From Azolla caroliniana (lineage: Eukaryota; Plantae; Polypodiophyta), in NCBI GenBank assembly GCA_043228905.1, contig JBHGNT010000011.1:15252001-15316000 (forward strand): DNA of 64,000 nucleotides, in the 5' to 3' direction. The translations under genes were made by a program, and so were the position numbers. Of the stretch, positions 21,003-38,949 are shown in pieces; position 1 is the stretch's first letter, and each line of letters opens with the position of its first letter. A model generated the notes under the pieces. That model had not been told where the DNA came from. It was given only the letters and a program-made list of their open reading frames with translations, and made no database searches.

Positions 21003-24000
21003 TAGATTGATAATTTTTTAGTTTATAAAAGCTATGATAAAATACGACTAAGTTATACGTCAAAAGTCCATATTAAGTTTTAAATAATTGTTTTCTTGAC
21101 AAAACTAACTCTCTAGGACAAAGCTATCCTATGTAGTTTTTTTTTCATGAATCACGATGTGTTTTTTTTTACCTTTATGTGGTAATGTTATATCTTAGAC
21201 GTTCTCATTGCAAGGCTCTGCACAACCTTTGATTCTCTTGTTGTAGAGCCACAAATTTGATTGTGACCAACAATAGCAATAATTTCTCAACAACATCATT
21301 ACGCAGATTATGAAACAAGGAAGATAAATACTACAAATATTTTATCATGAAAAACGGCATACACCAATATATTGTTGGATTGTTTTAACACGCCTAAAAA
21401 GAAGCCAACTTATATAGACATCCACATCGATGCGTGGTTGGTCGTGCTCTTTAGGTTGAAAATCTAAGTCACCATTTTTTAGAGTTAGCGCTTATGATTT
21501 ATGGAATTTATGCAAACACTCTTAGAACAACTAATTGAGCCATGTCAAATGCATGTGTTAATAAAGTTCTCTTACACTTGATCTTCATCATCCAATAAGT
21601 AATTTGTAGTTGTCTATCGAAGTAGGTAATGCATTGTGAGCAAGAACAATCAATGTGTTCACATCTTTGCATGTAAATTAAGCAATGTCGAATGCAAGAG
21701 CTTTTTGTGCAACCAACCTTACCTTAGAAGTTTTTCAAACACATTCTTCATGCCTCCTTCAAAAGTAACTCTACGATGGCATTGTGGAATGTGTAATATT
21801 GTTGCTACAAATGGTTCAAACCTAAAATGAAATATTTATTCACAATAAGACAATATATCAGTTCACTTTATATCTATCAATAAAGACATGACAATGATTT
21901 CTATTAATAAAGATTCTTGAGGTTGAAGTTTGTTGTAGAACTACAAGTAACACATTGCATCATTACAGTGTGATGGATCGTATAACTCTTATGACAAAAC
22001 ATGTTGTGTTGGTTGCATTACTAGTATGTTTTTTTATCATTGATAAACAAGAAAAAAAACCTAACATATCACTACCAATAGCAACAAGAAAATGCAATGT
22101 ACATCACATACTTTGCACTAAAATGTACCTAATGACAACTTTCATAAACACCAACACTACGACAAAGGTTCAAGACATTTGATGCTTGTTGTAAACAAAT
22201 TCATCAAAGTGGCGACGCCCTTGATTGTGTTGTCCTTTACATGCTATAAGCAATAGTACGGAAAATCCTTATTTTGATGGAGTAGAACAAACCTCCACTA
22301 AAACCTCGTTCCATGAACCGAAACACACATTAAAAGCTTTACATAAATCCACCATTTGCTAAAAAGAGATAATCGGAAACAAATGTATTGTTTCATGGAA
22401 TAATGTTGCCTATAACTTGCCAATCCTTGGGTAAAATGAATAGAAAGATCATTGAGCGTAAGCCCTTGTGTGAATCTGGTACTACATTAGACACAAAGTA
22501 ACATTCAAAGTTTCACCCAACGGAAGTAAGTAAGCAAGGTTATTGTTGATTAGTGAACATTTTCCTCTAGAACGAGAAATTTTGAAATGCATCATCCATT
22601 TGCATAAAACAAATGGAATCAATATTGAATGTGAGAGCTTGTTAACATGAAACTAACACCACATTAAAATCTCTACAACACTTGACCCCTTCTCCAAGGA
22701 ATAAAGCAATTCGTGGTTTCTTCCCTACAATTAATGGGCACACCATCATTTGCGACAAATGAATTGGAAATTGGTTTGTTGCATGAACCTGACAAAAAAA
22801 ATATTTGAAACTTTCCTCGATGTAGTCATTTGGTATTGTTGTATTTGAGTCGAAAAACATGGCCTCTACGTAGTACAAACTAGACTAAACAAATGATATG
22901 CCATTGTTGTATTTGTCATTAGATTTTGTTTTCATGAGGACTTATAACACTATCCAAATAGCGTTACAATTAACATTGGTACGCAATCATGTGTAAGTGT
23001 GATAGAATGCAAAGTAATATATCATGGATCTAGAACAAACATGTCAATAATCTTTTCAATCAAATGAGACCAATTTTAAATTTAAGAAACATGTTGATAA
23101 ATTTTTCGATCAAATGCACAACCAATTTTGAATTTAAGAAGCATGTAGACAATCCTTTTGACTTTGACGATTTGACAAAGAGGGATGGTCAAATATGAAT
23201 TCTCCACCAAACCAAATACCCCCAAATTGTGGGCTAGAAAATTTCTTCAACCATAAACACATCCCATCACCATGAACTCGACCCTCCACCATGAATCACC
23301 AATGTAGGTGTGGGGAAACCCTAAATCTATGCTTATACCATAGCTATCTAGTTTGTGCTCAATACCTTAGGCGTGTCTAAACTCGTGGGCGGGCATTTTG
23401 ACCCTTGATGATATGCAACCTTAGTATATGTATCAATGCAAAACCTAGAATGAGGATGTCTATGAACGGATAAGTCAATATGTGAAGGCTATATCGATTT
23501 CCAAATCTTTTTGTGAATGGTCATATCACGATAGCCCCAACCAAGTAACAAGGAGATAACATGACATATTGATCAAACGAGAAGAAACAATGAAAACATA
23601 CCATCGTTGTTAAATTCAATCTCAATCGAATGGAATGGAATAGAAAATGTCAACAACAAAATATTAGTGTCTGACATGTGAACCAATGTATAGCCAGGGC
23701 TGACACCTACAAACAGAGTTGATGATATCTAGCATATCAAATGCTAAGGGTTATGTTCTTGTGCCGAGACGAGAACATCATAGTTCCTGTGTTGTGCTAC
23801 GTTGATTCACGCGATGGAGCAAACAATGTCGATATTACGAAAGATAGGACACAAGTCCCTGCCTAGTAGATTACTGAATAAAGACCAAAGACCACAGGAG
23901 GCTTGTGCCTTTTGGGACACAGGGGCGGTTGGTGTCCTTCGGTGTGGGATATAGCGACAGACGCATGTCGCCTCATGGACGAAAGGAAGAGAGGATCCAC

Positions 24001-24164
24001 AATGAAAGAGACGGAAAAGGGCTAGGATACGGTCGATCGGGCCATTAAGGCTCGACTTGATCAGCCATGCCAAGGATGGAGAGCTTGATTGATGAGTGTC
24101 AGCTCCTCCTCCTTCTTCTTCTTTAGGTACTCCTCCTGTTCCATAGGGCCAACCTTGTCTTTTA

Positions 24165-24478
24165 GGGAAAAGTACCAGGATACCCCTGGAAGTTCGTCTA
24201 TTTACCAGAATGCCCCTGGAAGTTCCAAATTTACCAAACTACCCTTATGTCCAAAAAATTACACTTTATAAAGTATTTATACACTCAAATCTACAAGCCC
24301 TATTGACCAAAGATGGAAGAAATGGACCCAAACTAGCCCTATTTACCAAAGATTTGAGTGTATAATTACTTTATAAAGTGTACTGTTTTTGGACATAGGG
24401 GTAGTTTGGTAAATTTGGAACTTCCAGGGGCATTCTGGTAAATAGACAAACTTCCAGGGGTATCTTGGTACTTTTCCC
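24165..24478. mobile_element. Foldback MITE with about 128-bp TIRs (Mutator-like)
   Basis: GGGAAAAGTACCA...CACTCAAATCT is inverted as AGATTTGAGTG...TGGTACTTTTCCC with few mismatches; TSD unclear. Confidence 0.8.
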
Positions 24479-25996
24479 TTTTATTTTTATTCATGTGAAA
24501 ACAAATGGCCTCCTTATTCTCTTCAATCAAACAAAGAAAAAGAAAAAGAAAAAGCAATTTCCTGTAAAATTATTTAATTCATTAATTGATTTACATATAA
24601 AAATTTTAAAAAATGGGGAAAAAGGAGAAAAGTAATAGCTTCTGAACTTCTGGCCTATGGAGATCTCATTCATCATCTCTTTTAGAGAGTTGCTTCTCAG
24701 AGAAGGTAAAACAGGGGAAAGCCCCCCAATTAGGGTTTCAGCGAAAGACACCACACAATTACACACACACACACACACAAGCAATCCAAATTAGGGTTTC
24801 AGGAAAAGAGAAGTCAGAAAAAATAAATACCACACAATTTTAGTTTCAATCCATAGTTTCTCCTTTGATCTTCTCCTTATAGCTTTTCTGGTCTTTGTCT
24901 TTGCAAATATACATACATACATACCTATATATCAATCAGAAAAAAAAAAAAATCTCAGAGGTCAACAAAGATTCAAGTAAGCTCTTCTTCTTCTTTTTGT
25001 ATTAAACCTTGCCTTTTTAGGTTTGTGTCGCAGAAAATATGCCTAGAAGCTCAGAATTTCTGTCTTTTCGTGGGTGCTTTTATTTCTTAATTTTCCATGT
25101 TTAGCAACCTTTTTAAGGCTTGTCTTATATGAAATATCTGTAGAGTCCAGGACACAACAAAGGAAGTTTTATTCTGTTAGCTAATTTTATGTGCGATTTT
25201 GAATTCTATTTTTGTGTGATGTTGTTACCCCCTTTATTGTCTAACATTTCAGGACTTTCAAAGATCCCTAGATTTAGCAAAGCTGACACAAACAGTAGAA
25301 AGGGCTGATTTCTTTTTGTCCAAAGTTTTGATTATTAATTAGCAGAATAGAATCATTAGAGTCTGATCACAGTCTTTGCATAGGTTCTTTCCAATGTACA
25401 TAGATATAGCAGGGATTGACAGAAATTCTGATTTTTGTTTGTGTAGCTTATATTACATTATTGTCGGATTTTGGCTTTCATTTGCATATATCATAGGAAT
25501 CCGAGAGTTTCTTTTCTGTTAATTTGTAACCATTGTGGGATTTTCTTTCTCCTTGTATTTTATAGACATAAAATTCCAAGAGTATTCTGTAACATACGTG
25601 ACATTGTAAGGATTTCCTTTTCCGTGCATTTTATAGCCATAAAGAAATTTTTCAAGAGCATTTTATTACAGATATATACATTATAGTCATAAGGATCAGA
25701 AAGTATTTTGTAAACGGATATAATGTTGTATCACATTATATGAGATTCTAGGATTATCTTTTTTCTTGCATTAAACTAGAGATAAGAACTATCCACTGTA
25801 TTCTGTAACATACATCACATTATATAAGATTATAGGGACTATCCTTTTCCTTGCATATATCTAGACACGAGAAATAACCAAGAGTATCTTGTAATGTATA
25901 TTGCAGTATATAACATTATATAACGTTATATGAAATTGCAGGGCTGTCTTTTTCCGTGTATATATCTAGATATAAGAATTATCCAAGACTATATTC

Positions 25997-29264
<3,268 letters not shown>

Positions 29265-30019
29265 AAAAGGGAAAAAGTTAAGTCAAATTTTTATTTTTTT
29301 TCTGGAAGCGTGGTGAATGAATGAAGTGGAAAAGTTACCCAAAAAAAAGAGTATTCAGAGCCAAGACCCTATATATATATGAGTGAATCGACATATTCAA
29401 ATATAACTTACTATGAAATGGAATTCAGCATGCTTCAACATGAAAATAAGAGATCTTCAATCTTCCAAGAGGAATCGTACTTTCAGTGAAACACGTGGGA
29501 ACCTACAGTGTAAATAGATGTATAATACCTTTTTAAACCAAAATTTGTAAGCCTTAATCTTAGAGCATGTATTGTTATATAAATTGAAGGATTTGAAATT
29601 GTTTTGTAATTGAGTTTGAAATTGTTTTGTAATTGGGTCCATGTACATACACCCTTTTTTAGAGCTGAGAAATGACTTGAGGTTAAATGAATAACATACC
29701 TCTTGGTTATGAAAAATATGTCAAAAATAATTTGCAGGCAAGATCATTATTTTAACACAAGATCTTGTAAAGGGTTTCGTTCTTGTATTTTAATTTGACT
29801 TGGGTTCTAGCTCTTATACTTTCATTGGTTTGGTAAGTCATATTATGATGATATATCATTCTGAACACCCCACCCATAACTGCAGAATCCATCCAATGAG
29901 ATATGAACTCATGTATAAGGAACCATGTTGGGTAAGAATAAAAGCAGTGATCATCATAAACTTAGTTAAGGTCATTAATTTAGTAGTGACACTGATTCTG
30001 TAATTTTATTAAATCAATA

Positions 30020-30477
30020 TTGGTTCATTATTACTGCAATTGAAAATATATAATTGTCACATGCTCACCCATTGATCAATATATACAATGTGTGAGTGCC
30101 TGGCTGTTCAAATTGAATATTGATAGGTGAATCACAACTTATTAAGATCTTGGACGCCTATTAAGTTAAGCTGTTGGGTCATTATTGTTACAGTTGAAAA
30201 TATGTAATCGTCACGTGCTCACCCATTGATCGATATATATAATGTGAAAGTGCCTGGCTGTTTAAATTGAATATTGATAGGTGAATCTCAAATTATTAAG
30301 ATCTTGAACGCCTATTAAGTTAAGCTATTGGTTCATTATTATTAAAGTTGAAAATATGTAATCATCATGTGCTCACCCATTGATATATATATATATATAT
30401 ATATTATAGTGTGAAAATGTCTGGCTGCTCAAATATAATATTTGATACTCATTAAGATTCTCTAACGCCTCTTAAGG
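30020..30477. repeat. Tandem repeat, about 154 bp x3
   Basis: TTGG.TCATTATT...GCTCACCCATTGAT...ACGCCT.TTAAG occurs three times. Confidence 0.85.
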
Positions 30478-31511
30478 TACACCAGCTATACGACAACATA
30501 AACAAGACTTTATCAAAACGATTGTAGTCTATATCCAATATAGAGACCCGAAAAGAAAACACGATTTTATCATAATGATCGAGGTCTATGTGTATAATAC
30601 TTTCTCTGACAAAGAAGAGTCATTTTATGCAATGTGCAATCTAATGGACAACGGTGTAAGCTTGAATATCAACTAAAACTAGAGAGATCTAAAGTTGCAG
30701 CTGTGAGTTGTTTTTAATTTAGTGTGTTATCCACCTCAAGTAATGCTAGTCAAGACTACATTAACAATTTTATATGGTGTGATAGACTCTAGTGGTTAGG
30801 ATGGTTAAGAAACTAAAATTGTGGATATAGCATATTGTATGTAATCTAAGTCCAACACAAAAGCAATCAATTGATATGGAGAGAAGCATCTTTTCATTCG
30901 CTTTCACACTTAAAGCTTCGTGTTATTTTTAACTCTTTGGTTAGGATGGCTACGAAATATAATTATGGATATATCATATTTTTGTGTAATGTAAGTCCAA
31001 CACAAAATATGTCAATTGATATGGTGAGTTTTCATTGTATTTGTAGAAGGCTTGCTGCTCACCCTCACAATGTGTCAAACAAAAGAAAGGCATCTTTTAG
31101 TTCACTTCCACACTTAAAACCTTCATATTATTTTTAAACCTCAAGTCTTTCTAATAAATTATATATACTTGATAAGGAGTAAGGGTGTTTGTGTAAAACG
31201 TTAAGATATTCACAGTTTATAATTTACACTTCGGGATGCAAACAAACCATGGGCTTGCAATTTAAGCTTCCAACAATTTAGTTAAGAAATTATTGTTTTG
31301 ATAGCAAATGAAGAAAGGCAAAATATTTTAACTTCCTAGAGATGACTACATTTCTGTTACAGCCACAGAAGCTTACACAACAAAGATACATAGTAAACTT
31401 TTGTGACTGTCCAAATGGAGGCAAATAAGTTAATTGTATTGTTCAACTAGCCTGCCAAGGAGCTTCCTCTAGTGGCCTGTATAAAGGTATCCCTTCATCT
31501 CATCTATCATA

Positions 31512-31951
31512 TTATATGTCCCGTGGATACTCTAATTTATGAACATGTGCCATGAATTCTCTCATTGCACATTATCTAAATCATGTATGCACCTAGCCTT
31601 GTTCTCATTGGAGTGCAACTGCAGAAGTTGCAAGTATTCAAAGGAAAAAGAACATATTAAATTTGGGCATGGCCGCATGAGATGGATTAATCTACAAATA
31701 CAATATATACAATGAAATCTTGGTACAATCTTATATGTCCCGTGGATACTCTAATTTATGAACATGTGCCATGAATTCTCTCATTGCACATTATCTAAAT
31801 CATGTATGCACCTAGCCTTGTTCTCATTGGAGTGCAACTGCAGAAGTTGCAAGTATTCAAAGGAAAAAGAACATATTAAATTTGGGCATGGCCGCATGAG
31901 ATGGATTAATCTACAAATACAATATATACAATGAAATCTTGGTACAATCTT
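31512..31951. repeat. Exact tandem duplication, 219 bp x2
   Basis: TTATATGTCCCGTGGATAC...TGGTACAATC starts at 31512 and 31731. Confidence 0.9.
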
Positions 31952-32611
31952 GAAAACCACTAACATTATTAATGAGAGTGATGAAAATTTGACCTAAATC
32001 CCCATGTTAAAAAATAGATGGGGTCATACCAATCTGTTTCTCATACAAGCATCAAGACTTACACTATCAGACTAGGTTCACAAACAAGATATAATCATTC
32101 TCTTCAATGTATATGGGACAGGGAAATTTCGGTTACCCACACTAAAATCATATGAACAATGAAAGAATATTTGACCATCTGAAGTACACAACACACATCA
32201 GTTATAATAATGCTTCCCTTCTAGCACAACATACACCTTTCCCACTTGTAAACCACAGGTCAACAGTTCAACCATATCTGATATTATATGGTATGAGACA
32301 TGTCCATTGTATTAAACTGTGAATTAACAAAATCAAGTCTTCTGAATGAAAAGAATACAAAAAGCAAAATCCAGCTCCCACCATTGGAGTACTCATTTGA
32401 TAGTCCAAAATTTTTGTGAAAAATGCATTGGACTCTTTTAGGTCCAGATCGTCAGCTTTCCGCAAATATATGAATATTTCAGCTTCTTCTTAGTAATACT
32501 GTCTCATTTCTCATTCACATGCTGAATCAAAATTTAAATGAATAAGAAAAAGGACTAACACTACACCACACAAGATTATGCATTACTTCCCAGAGATATA
32601 AGAATAGATTT

Positions 32612-35600
32612 CTACGATCCCAAAGCCATCGTAATCAACCTTTCACATTCTTGCAGCTTATACTCTTGACTTGAAACCCACTCTACATTTGGATCAGATC
32701 GTATAACCTTGACAGCAGCATCATATACCAACTTTTTCAGTAGGGCGTCTTCGGTTTTTTTTATTATATCGAACAATAATCCTAACTCAACCATTCCAGC
32801 GAGGGCAACCTTTCCAACAAAAAATCCAATGTGTTTGGGTGCCATAGGAATATCAAGAGCTAGATCTTCTAGTTGTTCAGCCACTATCATAATACCAGCC
32901 TTTATGTCGCCCTCAGATATAACCTTCCTCGAGTGCAATTCACCCAAAAGTTTGTGAATAAGCTCTCTCTCTCGATCTTGACTTTCCAGGCCTATAGAGA
33001 CTGCTAGTTGCACCAATTGAGAATAGAAATCTGGGGGACTTTTGAGTTCTTGCACACATAACAATGCCTCATGAAGGTCACCAACGGAGAGATATTCTTT
33101 CAATAAAGACTCTGACTTCTTCTTGAGAAGAGAATTCGGAAGGAATGGAGCCGGAGAAGCTGTTTGCTTTAAGATGGGTGGAGATGGTGTCACTATCTTT
33201 TCTCTCACTGGAACCACCCCAAACGAGCTTCTCAAAGGTTCTATGCTCAGTCTTTCATAGTCACCTAGAAGTGCACTTGATTTTCCCACTAATGCCCTCC
33301 CTTGAGGGAGAAGCTTCATATTTGCACTGTTTGTTCGCAATCCTGCTCCAGTAGGAGGTACAGCAAAAGTTTTTGATGGTAAGGTATTTGGAGAAGGAAT
33401 CAATCCTTCTTTAACTGACCTGTTTCTCCTACTCACCGAGTATTCCCATCCATCCGAATCACCTCCAGGAATGAAGCTTGGCATTAGTGGAGCCCCAGGC
33501 AGTTTTCCCACCATTGATAGGAGGCCTGGAGTTCCTGGCAGCATTCCACCTGGCATACCTGGAATCATTCCACCTGGCATACCTGGCATCATTGCACCTG
33601 GCATTCCTGGCATCATTGCCCCAGGCATACCTGGCATCATTGCCCGAGGCATACCTGGCATTATTCCACCTGGATTCATGCCACCTGGCACTCTCCTCAT
33701 GCCTGGGACACCCATCATACTAATAGGATCCCGACCACTTCTCAAGCCTGCCATTCCTGGGCGAAGACCAAGAGTCTTCTCGGCTTCCGCATGTATCTCA
33801 TTGATAGTCTTTGCTTTAATCTAATAACATAAATTACATGAAACAATATAAAAGATCCTATATAGTTAACTTTCTACAGAGCTTGAGATTTTATGTTTCA
33901 TATTTTATATAAAAGAAAACTATTTAAATGTCGGTTGATGAGCCACCTCACCACTTCACGACGTGGAATCCAGTTGTTGGCTCGCAAGTCTATAGTATCC
34001 TTTATCAAAAACCGTATGCGAGATGCAAAACATGTGTTTGTCGAATATGCTTTCAGTTTACTGAAATATGGATCAATCGTGATCGTAGACTTACTGCTTT
34101 CTTCGAGTTGTTTCCCAACTGTTGCCAGAAACTGACAGAGTGCTTCGATGTTTTCCTCAGCAGGTGGATTCTTCGGGTCAGACCCTAAGAGCATCTACTT
34201 TCACATGGTAAAACAAGATTAGGACACGGTTATAAGCTTTAAAAGCCCTCCAAACATTGAAATAAAACTAGCAATTACATTCCTCACAACGAAAACATGC
34301 AGTGCAAACTGCCATCTTAAAACAATATTGTTGCATGTTAGTTTTGCTATTCAAGATATGTTTATAAAAATGTTGCATTTCAAGTCGTAACCATTCCAAA
34401 ACATTTCCATACATGCCAAAAGCAATAATATAATTACTTATTGTAATGCATATAAATATCTCTGGAATCCTACGACTTTACAAACTAAGAAAATTCATAC
34501 ATTTTCTTCAAGCAAAAATACTTGTCCAAAGAGATCACTCACATGGATGCAATGATGGATAATCTTCTCCGGTATCATTTTCAGCTTAAAGAGTTCACCA
34601 ATCAGTTTGATATTTCCTAGTGTGCGTAGCTTAACAAGCTTCTCCTTCTCAAAGCGCTCTACTTCTTCTTCTGGTTTAGTGAGTTTCCGTATTTCTGATC
34701 GCATGTTATCAGCCCCTTCAAACTCTTCCTGACAACTATTCAATAGAATACGACGGAACGTAATAGGTTTCCCATCACCCTCATCTGATGGAAATTCTTG
34801 AAGAGCTTTACTGAGGCATACACACATTTCTGCATACATAGCACAGAAAGTGGGCTCCAACACTGCCTTGTCAAATACCAGAGAAATCACTCCCTGAGAA
34901 ACAATACATGTATATGTCAGCTAAACATTTGCATGTGAAATAGAAAGATACACGAAAGTTCATGAGGAAGAAAAGAGGTATCAAAGTCCATATGAAAAGA
35001 AAATTATGCCTAAAAGTGCATGTGAAAAGAAAGATGCATAACAATGAAAAAACAAATTAACCTTGCCTTCAATATGTCAGCTGAATCAATGCCAGATTTA
35101 AGAAGTTGCTCTACAAGAAGATCAAACTTTTCCGGTGTTAATTTGTTCAGAATCCTGCTCAGTAAATATGTCAGCTGAATCAATGCCAGATTTAAGAAGT
35201 TGCTCTACAAGAAGATCAAACTTTTCCGGTGTTAATTTGTTCAGAATCCTGCTCAGTATACATTAAATTTCAGTCTCCATGACAGCAGTCAATACATTGC
35301 TCTTAAAACATCTTGTGAATTATATAATTTCTTGGACTCTGATATATTATCTATCTTTTCTACATAGCCAACAATATATATTGAGACATATGCGCACATA
35401 CATATATGTCAATTAGTGTTCTAACATCCCTATATGTCCAGAATGAACATACCCTTTCACTGTCCTTAGGACTCTCTCTTTATTACTCAGTGCACTTCTC
35501 TGGACAGTCCATGGATTTGAAGCTCGGATAATAGCCGGTGGCAGCTTTGTTGCATCCACCTATTTACAAAAATAAATATTATTTTGCACAAATATAGCTA

Positions 35601-38208
35601 TATCCATGTGATAGTATATGTTGAATTATTCTCAAAGTGTTAACTATGGGATATCTACCCCAAGGTCTTGTTGTCGTAGGATCTGTGAAACTCGCACATC
35701 GCGTTCTTGATCCTTATCTCGCCAATCACTGCCTGAACTCTTCACTGTTTCCTTGAATTGCACATCACGTTCTTGATTCTTGTCTCGCCAATCACTGCCT
35801 GAACTCTTCGCTATTTCCTTGGATTGCCCATCACGTTCTTGATCTTTATCTCGCCAATCGCCCCCTGAATTCTTCACTGTTTCCTTGAATTGTTGATCCT
35901 TTCTTTTCTCTTCTACAGCAGGGGATCTATTCTTCCAATCACGATTATCACCCTCAGAGAATCGAGTTGCCAAGGGCAAAGGCTGCGGAGCCTGAATGAG
36001 CTGAAAGGAAAAAACAGAATGATGGACAGTCAAATGTTAGCCAGAAGCTTTAATGGATTCTTAATCTTAGTATAGGAAACTTGAAATAAAAAAATTTACA
36101 TGGGAAATTTTCATAGCCAAAAGCTTTCACGGCACCTAACTTTAACGTTAAACCAAAGCTAGAAAAGACTTCTCATAACCTAGTTTACCAAGTATGCAAG
36201 CTTTTGAAAATGTTATCGCGACATAGTTTACCAAACATGGACATCTAGAAAAGAGTTATGTTTACCTAGGTTAGGAAAGATGCATAGGGCCTAGTTTGCA
36301 ATATAGCACGCCTTGTGCAAGTCTTCTCTTACACCTACATACTCTCTCTCTAAAAGTGTTCTATCTATGTATTTAATTGTAACTTCTTTTATCTTGTTTT
36401 ACACTCACTTTATCACTTCTATTACTGCAAACCTTCCACTTTGGTTTAAGAAGTACACATTCACCTTACATGCATTATATGCAAAAAGTCACATAAGAGA
36501 CACAAGTTAGGACACATTACATTGGGTTGTGAACGGGCCCATTCCGGTTCCTCTGGGATAACAAGCTCTGCTTCAATCTCAGAAACTGCATCTTTTATTT
36601 CCTTAGGGATATCTAGAAACACCTGGAATGTGAGATATAGTTGAGATGATTAGCCATCTAGAAGTCGAAATTGCTAACACAAAAATAAAGTGAAACCCCA
36701 CCTCTTTCAGCTTATAAAGCTCCTCGCGAGTATACTTTATTCTCTCGGAGGACAGTTTTGAACCCTTGACATCTGTAGCCTGTAAAGAAATTCAAGTGGA
36801 ACAGTAAAGAATTGATTGGAAATTCAGCACATATTTGGAATGATCATGTTCTCCATGCAATGGCCATTTTAAACAAATTAGATCATAATGATGACTGCAA
36901 TTATAGAAACGTTTGGCATGATCATGTTCTCCATATAATGGCCATTTAAAACAAATTCGATCATAAACAATGACTGAAATTATACGAAAGTTTGGCAGCT
37001 CAAACAGCTGAAATTATTAAATGCATGCCATCTAAGAAAAATTATGTTCTCCATGGTAAAGGGCACTTCAAATTAGAGTTACACCATATGAGGACTACCA
37101 TTTAAAAGTCCATTTCTATGAATTAGGGCATTGATTGTAGCTAGTTATGATTGTCAACACACCAATAGAAATGATCAACTGTTACACAAATCCCAAATGA
37201 TTATGTCCTCCATACAATGACCATCTATCTGAATCAGAATTAGTTGAGCTGTGACCTAACAGTTTAATATGACTGAGATTTGAGCTAGTAGCTGTGACAA
37301 TAGTGAAGAAGACTAGGAATTACCTAAGCAACACAAATTTTCTGAATGATCATGTTAATCATTATCAGATGACAAATTGGGTTGCACTTAAAAAGTCGTA
37401 CTATATCAATTTTGGGTTGTTAAAACAATAGAAGTGATTAATTGCAATAGCCAAACAGCATCTCTACCACTAACCACAAACAAAATGTCAATTAAACCAA
37501 CCTGAAAATCATATTTTTACATTAACATTGTACAGATAGAGGAAACGAATAAAGAATTAATATAAGTCAGATTCATAGAAAACTTCACTTATATACATCA
37601 CACAAAAGTCTCCAGATTAATCACATCACACAAAATTATAACCAAATCACACGTAAACAACTTCATATCATACATGAACTTCCCAATTAACCAGGATAGA
37701 TGCTGTCCAATAATGCCATATTCGTCCCGTAGAGAGAATCGAGAGGACATTAAAAATAAGACTTTTAGCTAGTTCTTTTTCTGTAGCACTAGAAGTTTCC
37801 AACCAATCACATCACATAAATGCAATATACTAGTAACCACATAATACAGAAACTTCTAAATCCTAAACAACCACAAAAAACCTCCAGTTTATAAACCACG
37901 TGCTACAGTAACATTTCCTCATCATACAAAAACTTCCATAACTATAACCACATCGTAGAAAAACCTCTGTACTATAATCACACCAAACCCAATGTGAAAG
38001 CTTGAAGGGGATAAAAACAACAGATCTTTGAAGTAAAAAAAGAATGAAAAAAAAGAAAAAACAAGAACGAGAGAGTGAAAGTGTATCTAACCTTTCCATC
38101 GAAGGTGAAGCGAGCTGGAAGTACAATATTAGATTCCTGAAAGGTACCAAAAAGCCTCCCTTTCCCACCGCCTCCCGGCCTCAAGCTAACAGTTGGATTT
38201 GAATGCAT
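32612..38208 (-). CDS. eIFiso4G: Translation initiation factor eIF(iso)4G, 9 coding exons
   Basis: Exons 38092-38208, 36702-36779, 36521-36622, 35659-36000, 35453-35559, 35067-35154, 34543-34893, 33952-34194, 32612-33820; N-terminal SLRPGGG; eIF4E-binding YTREELY; MIF4G (ILNKLTPEKF...FDKAVLEPTF); MPG repeats; MA3 domain (SLLKEYLSVGDLHEALLCVQEL). Confidence 0.93.
35071..35258. repeat. Exact 94-bp tandem duplication of most of eIF(iso)4G exon 6 and its acceptor
   Basis: AATATGTCAG...AATCCTGCTCAGTA at 35071-35164 and 35165-35258. Confidence 0.92.
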
Positions 38209-38949
38209 TACACAGAGAAAACCTTCAAAGAAGAAGAAGAAAATGAAGAAATGGACCGATCTAGAGTCCTAAAAAACGACCTTTTTCCCCTTCAATTCTT
38301 TGACTATACTGCAATTTCTTTGTTCCGCAAAGGTGTAGTAAACTTTTTGGATAACAGCAAAATGGAGGAACAGAGGGATTTTGTTCTCACGAACAGGTAG
38401 GCTGAGAAGCCATACCCTGCAGACCCAATTTGGTGAGAAAAGAAATCCCAGTGATGGGTTGTCTATATATTCTCACTTAGGTTGAAGACGAGCTCAGAGA
38501 CCGGTCCTCTGTTTCTTTTATCCATCGGTCCATAGCCATATAGGCATGGGAAAGAGAGAGCGAGAGAGAAAGAGAAAGAGAAAGAAGAATAGAGTTAGAG
38601 GAAGCAAGAGGCAAAACTAAATTAGTGGTGTGTCACATGAGAATGAGAGAGATTAGATTAGATTAGATTAGATTAGTTCTTTAATCATCCATGAGGAGGC
38701 CAATCTTGAATGAAAGAGATTAAATTAGATTAGGTTAGGTTAGATTAGTTCTTTAATCATCCATGAGGAGACCAATCTTGACCTCCAGAACCAAATAAAC
38801 TTATCATCTTGGACATTATCATGTTTGTCCAATAATCCTGCAAATTACCTCCTTGTATGTTGAGTGTGCTAAAAGCATAATCGATATTCATCGTCCGCTA
38901 GGTTTCCATTGCATATCCTTCATACTTTGGTGATGACGCTCCCTCTAAC

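Noticed and set aside
21200-23000. Coding-like minus-strand fragments, possibly a decayed transposase
   Set aside because: No motif I can identify with confidence; needs a translated search
33471-33824. Plus-strand ORFs with PGIPGII repeats
   Set aside because: Antisense shadow of the eIF(iso)4G MPG repeat tract
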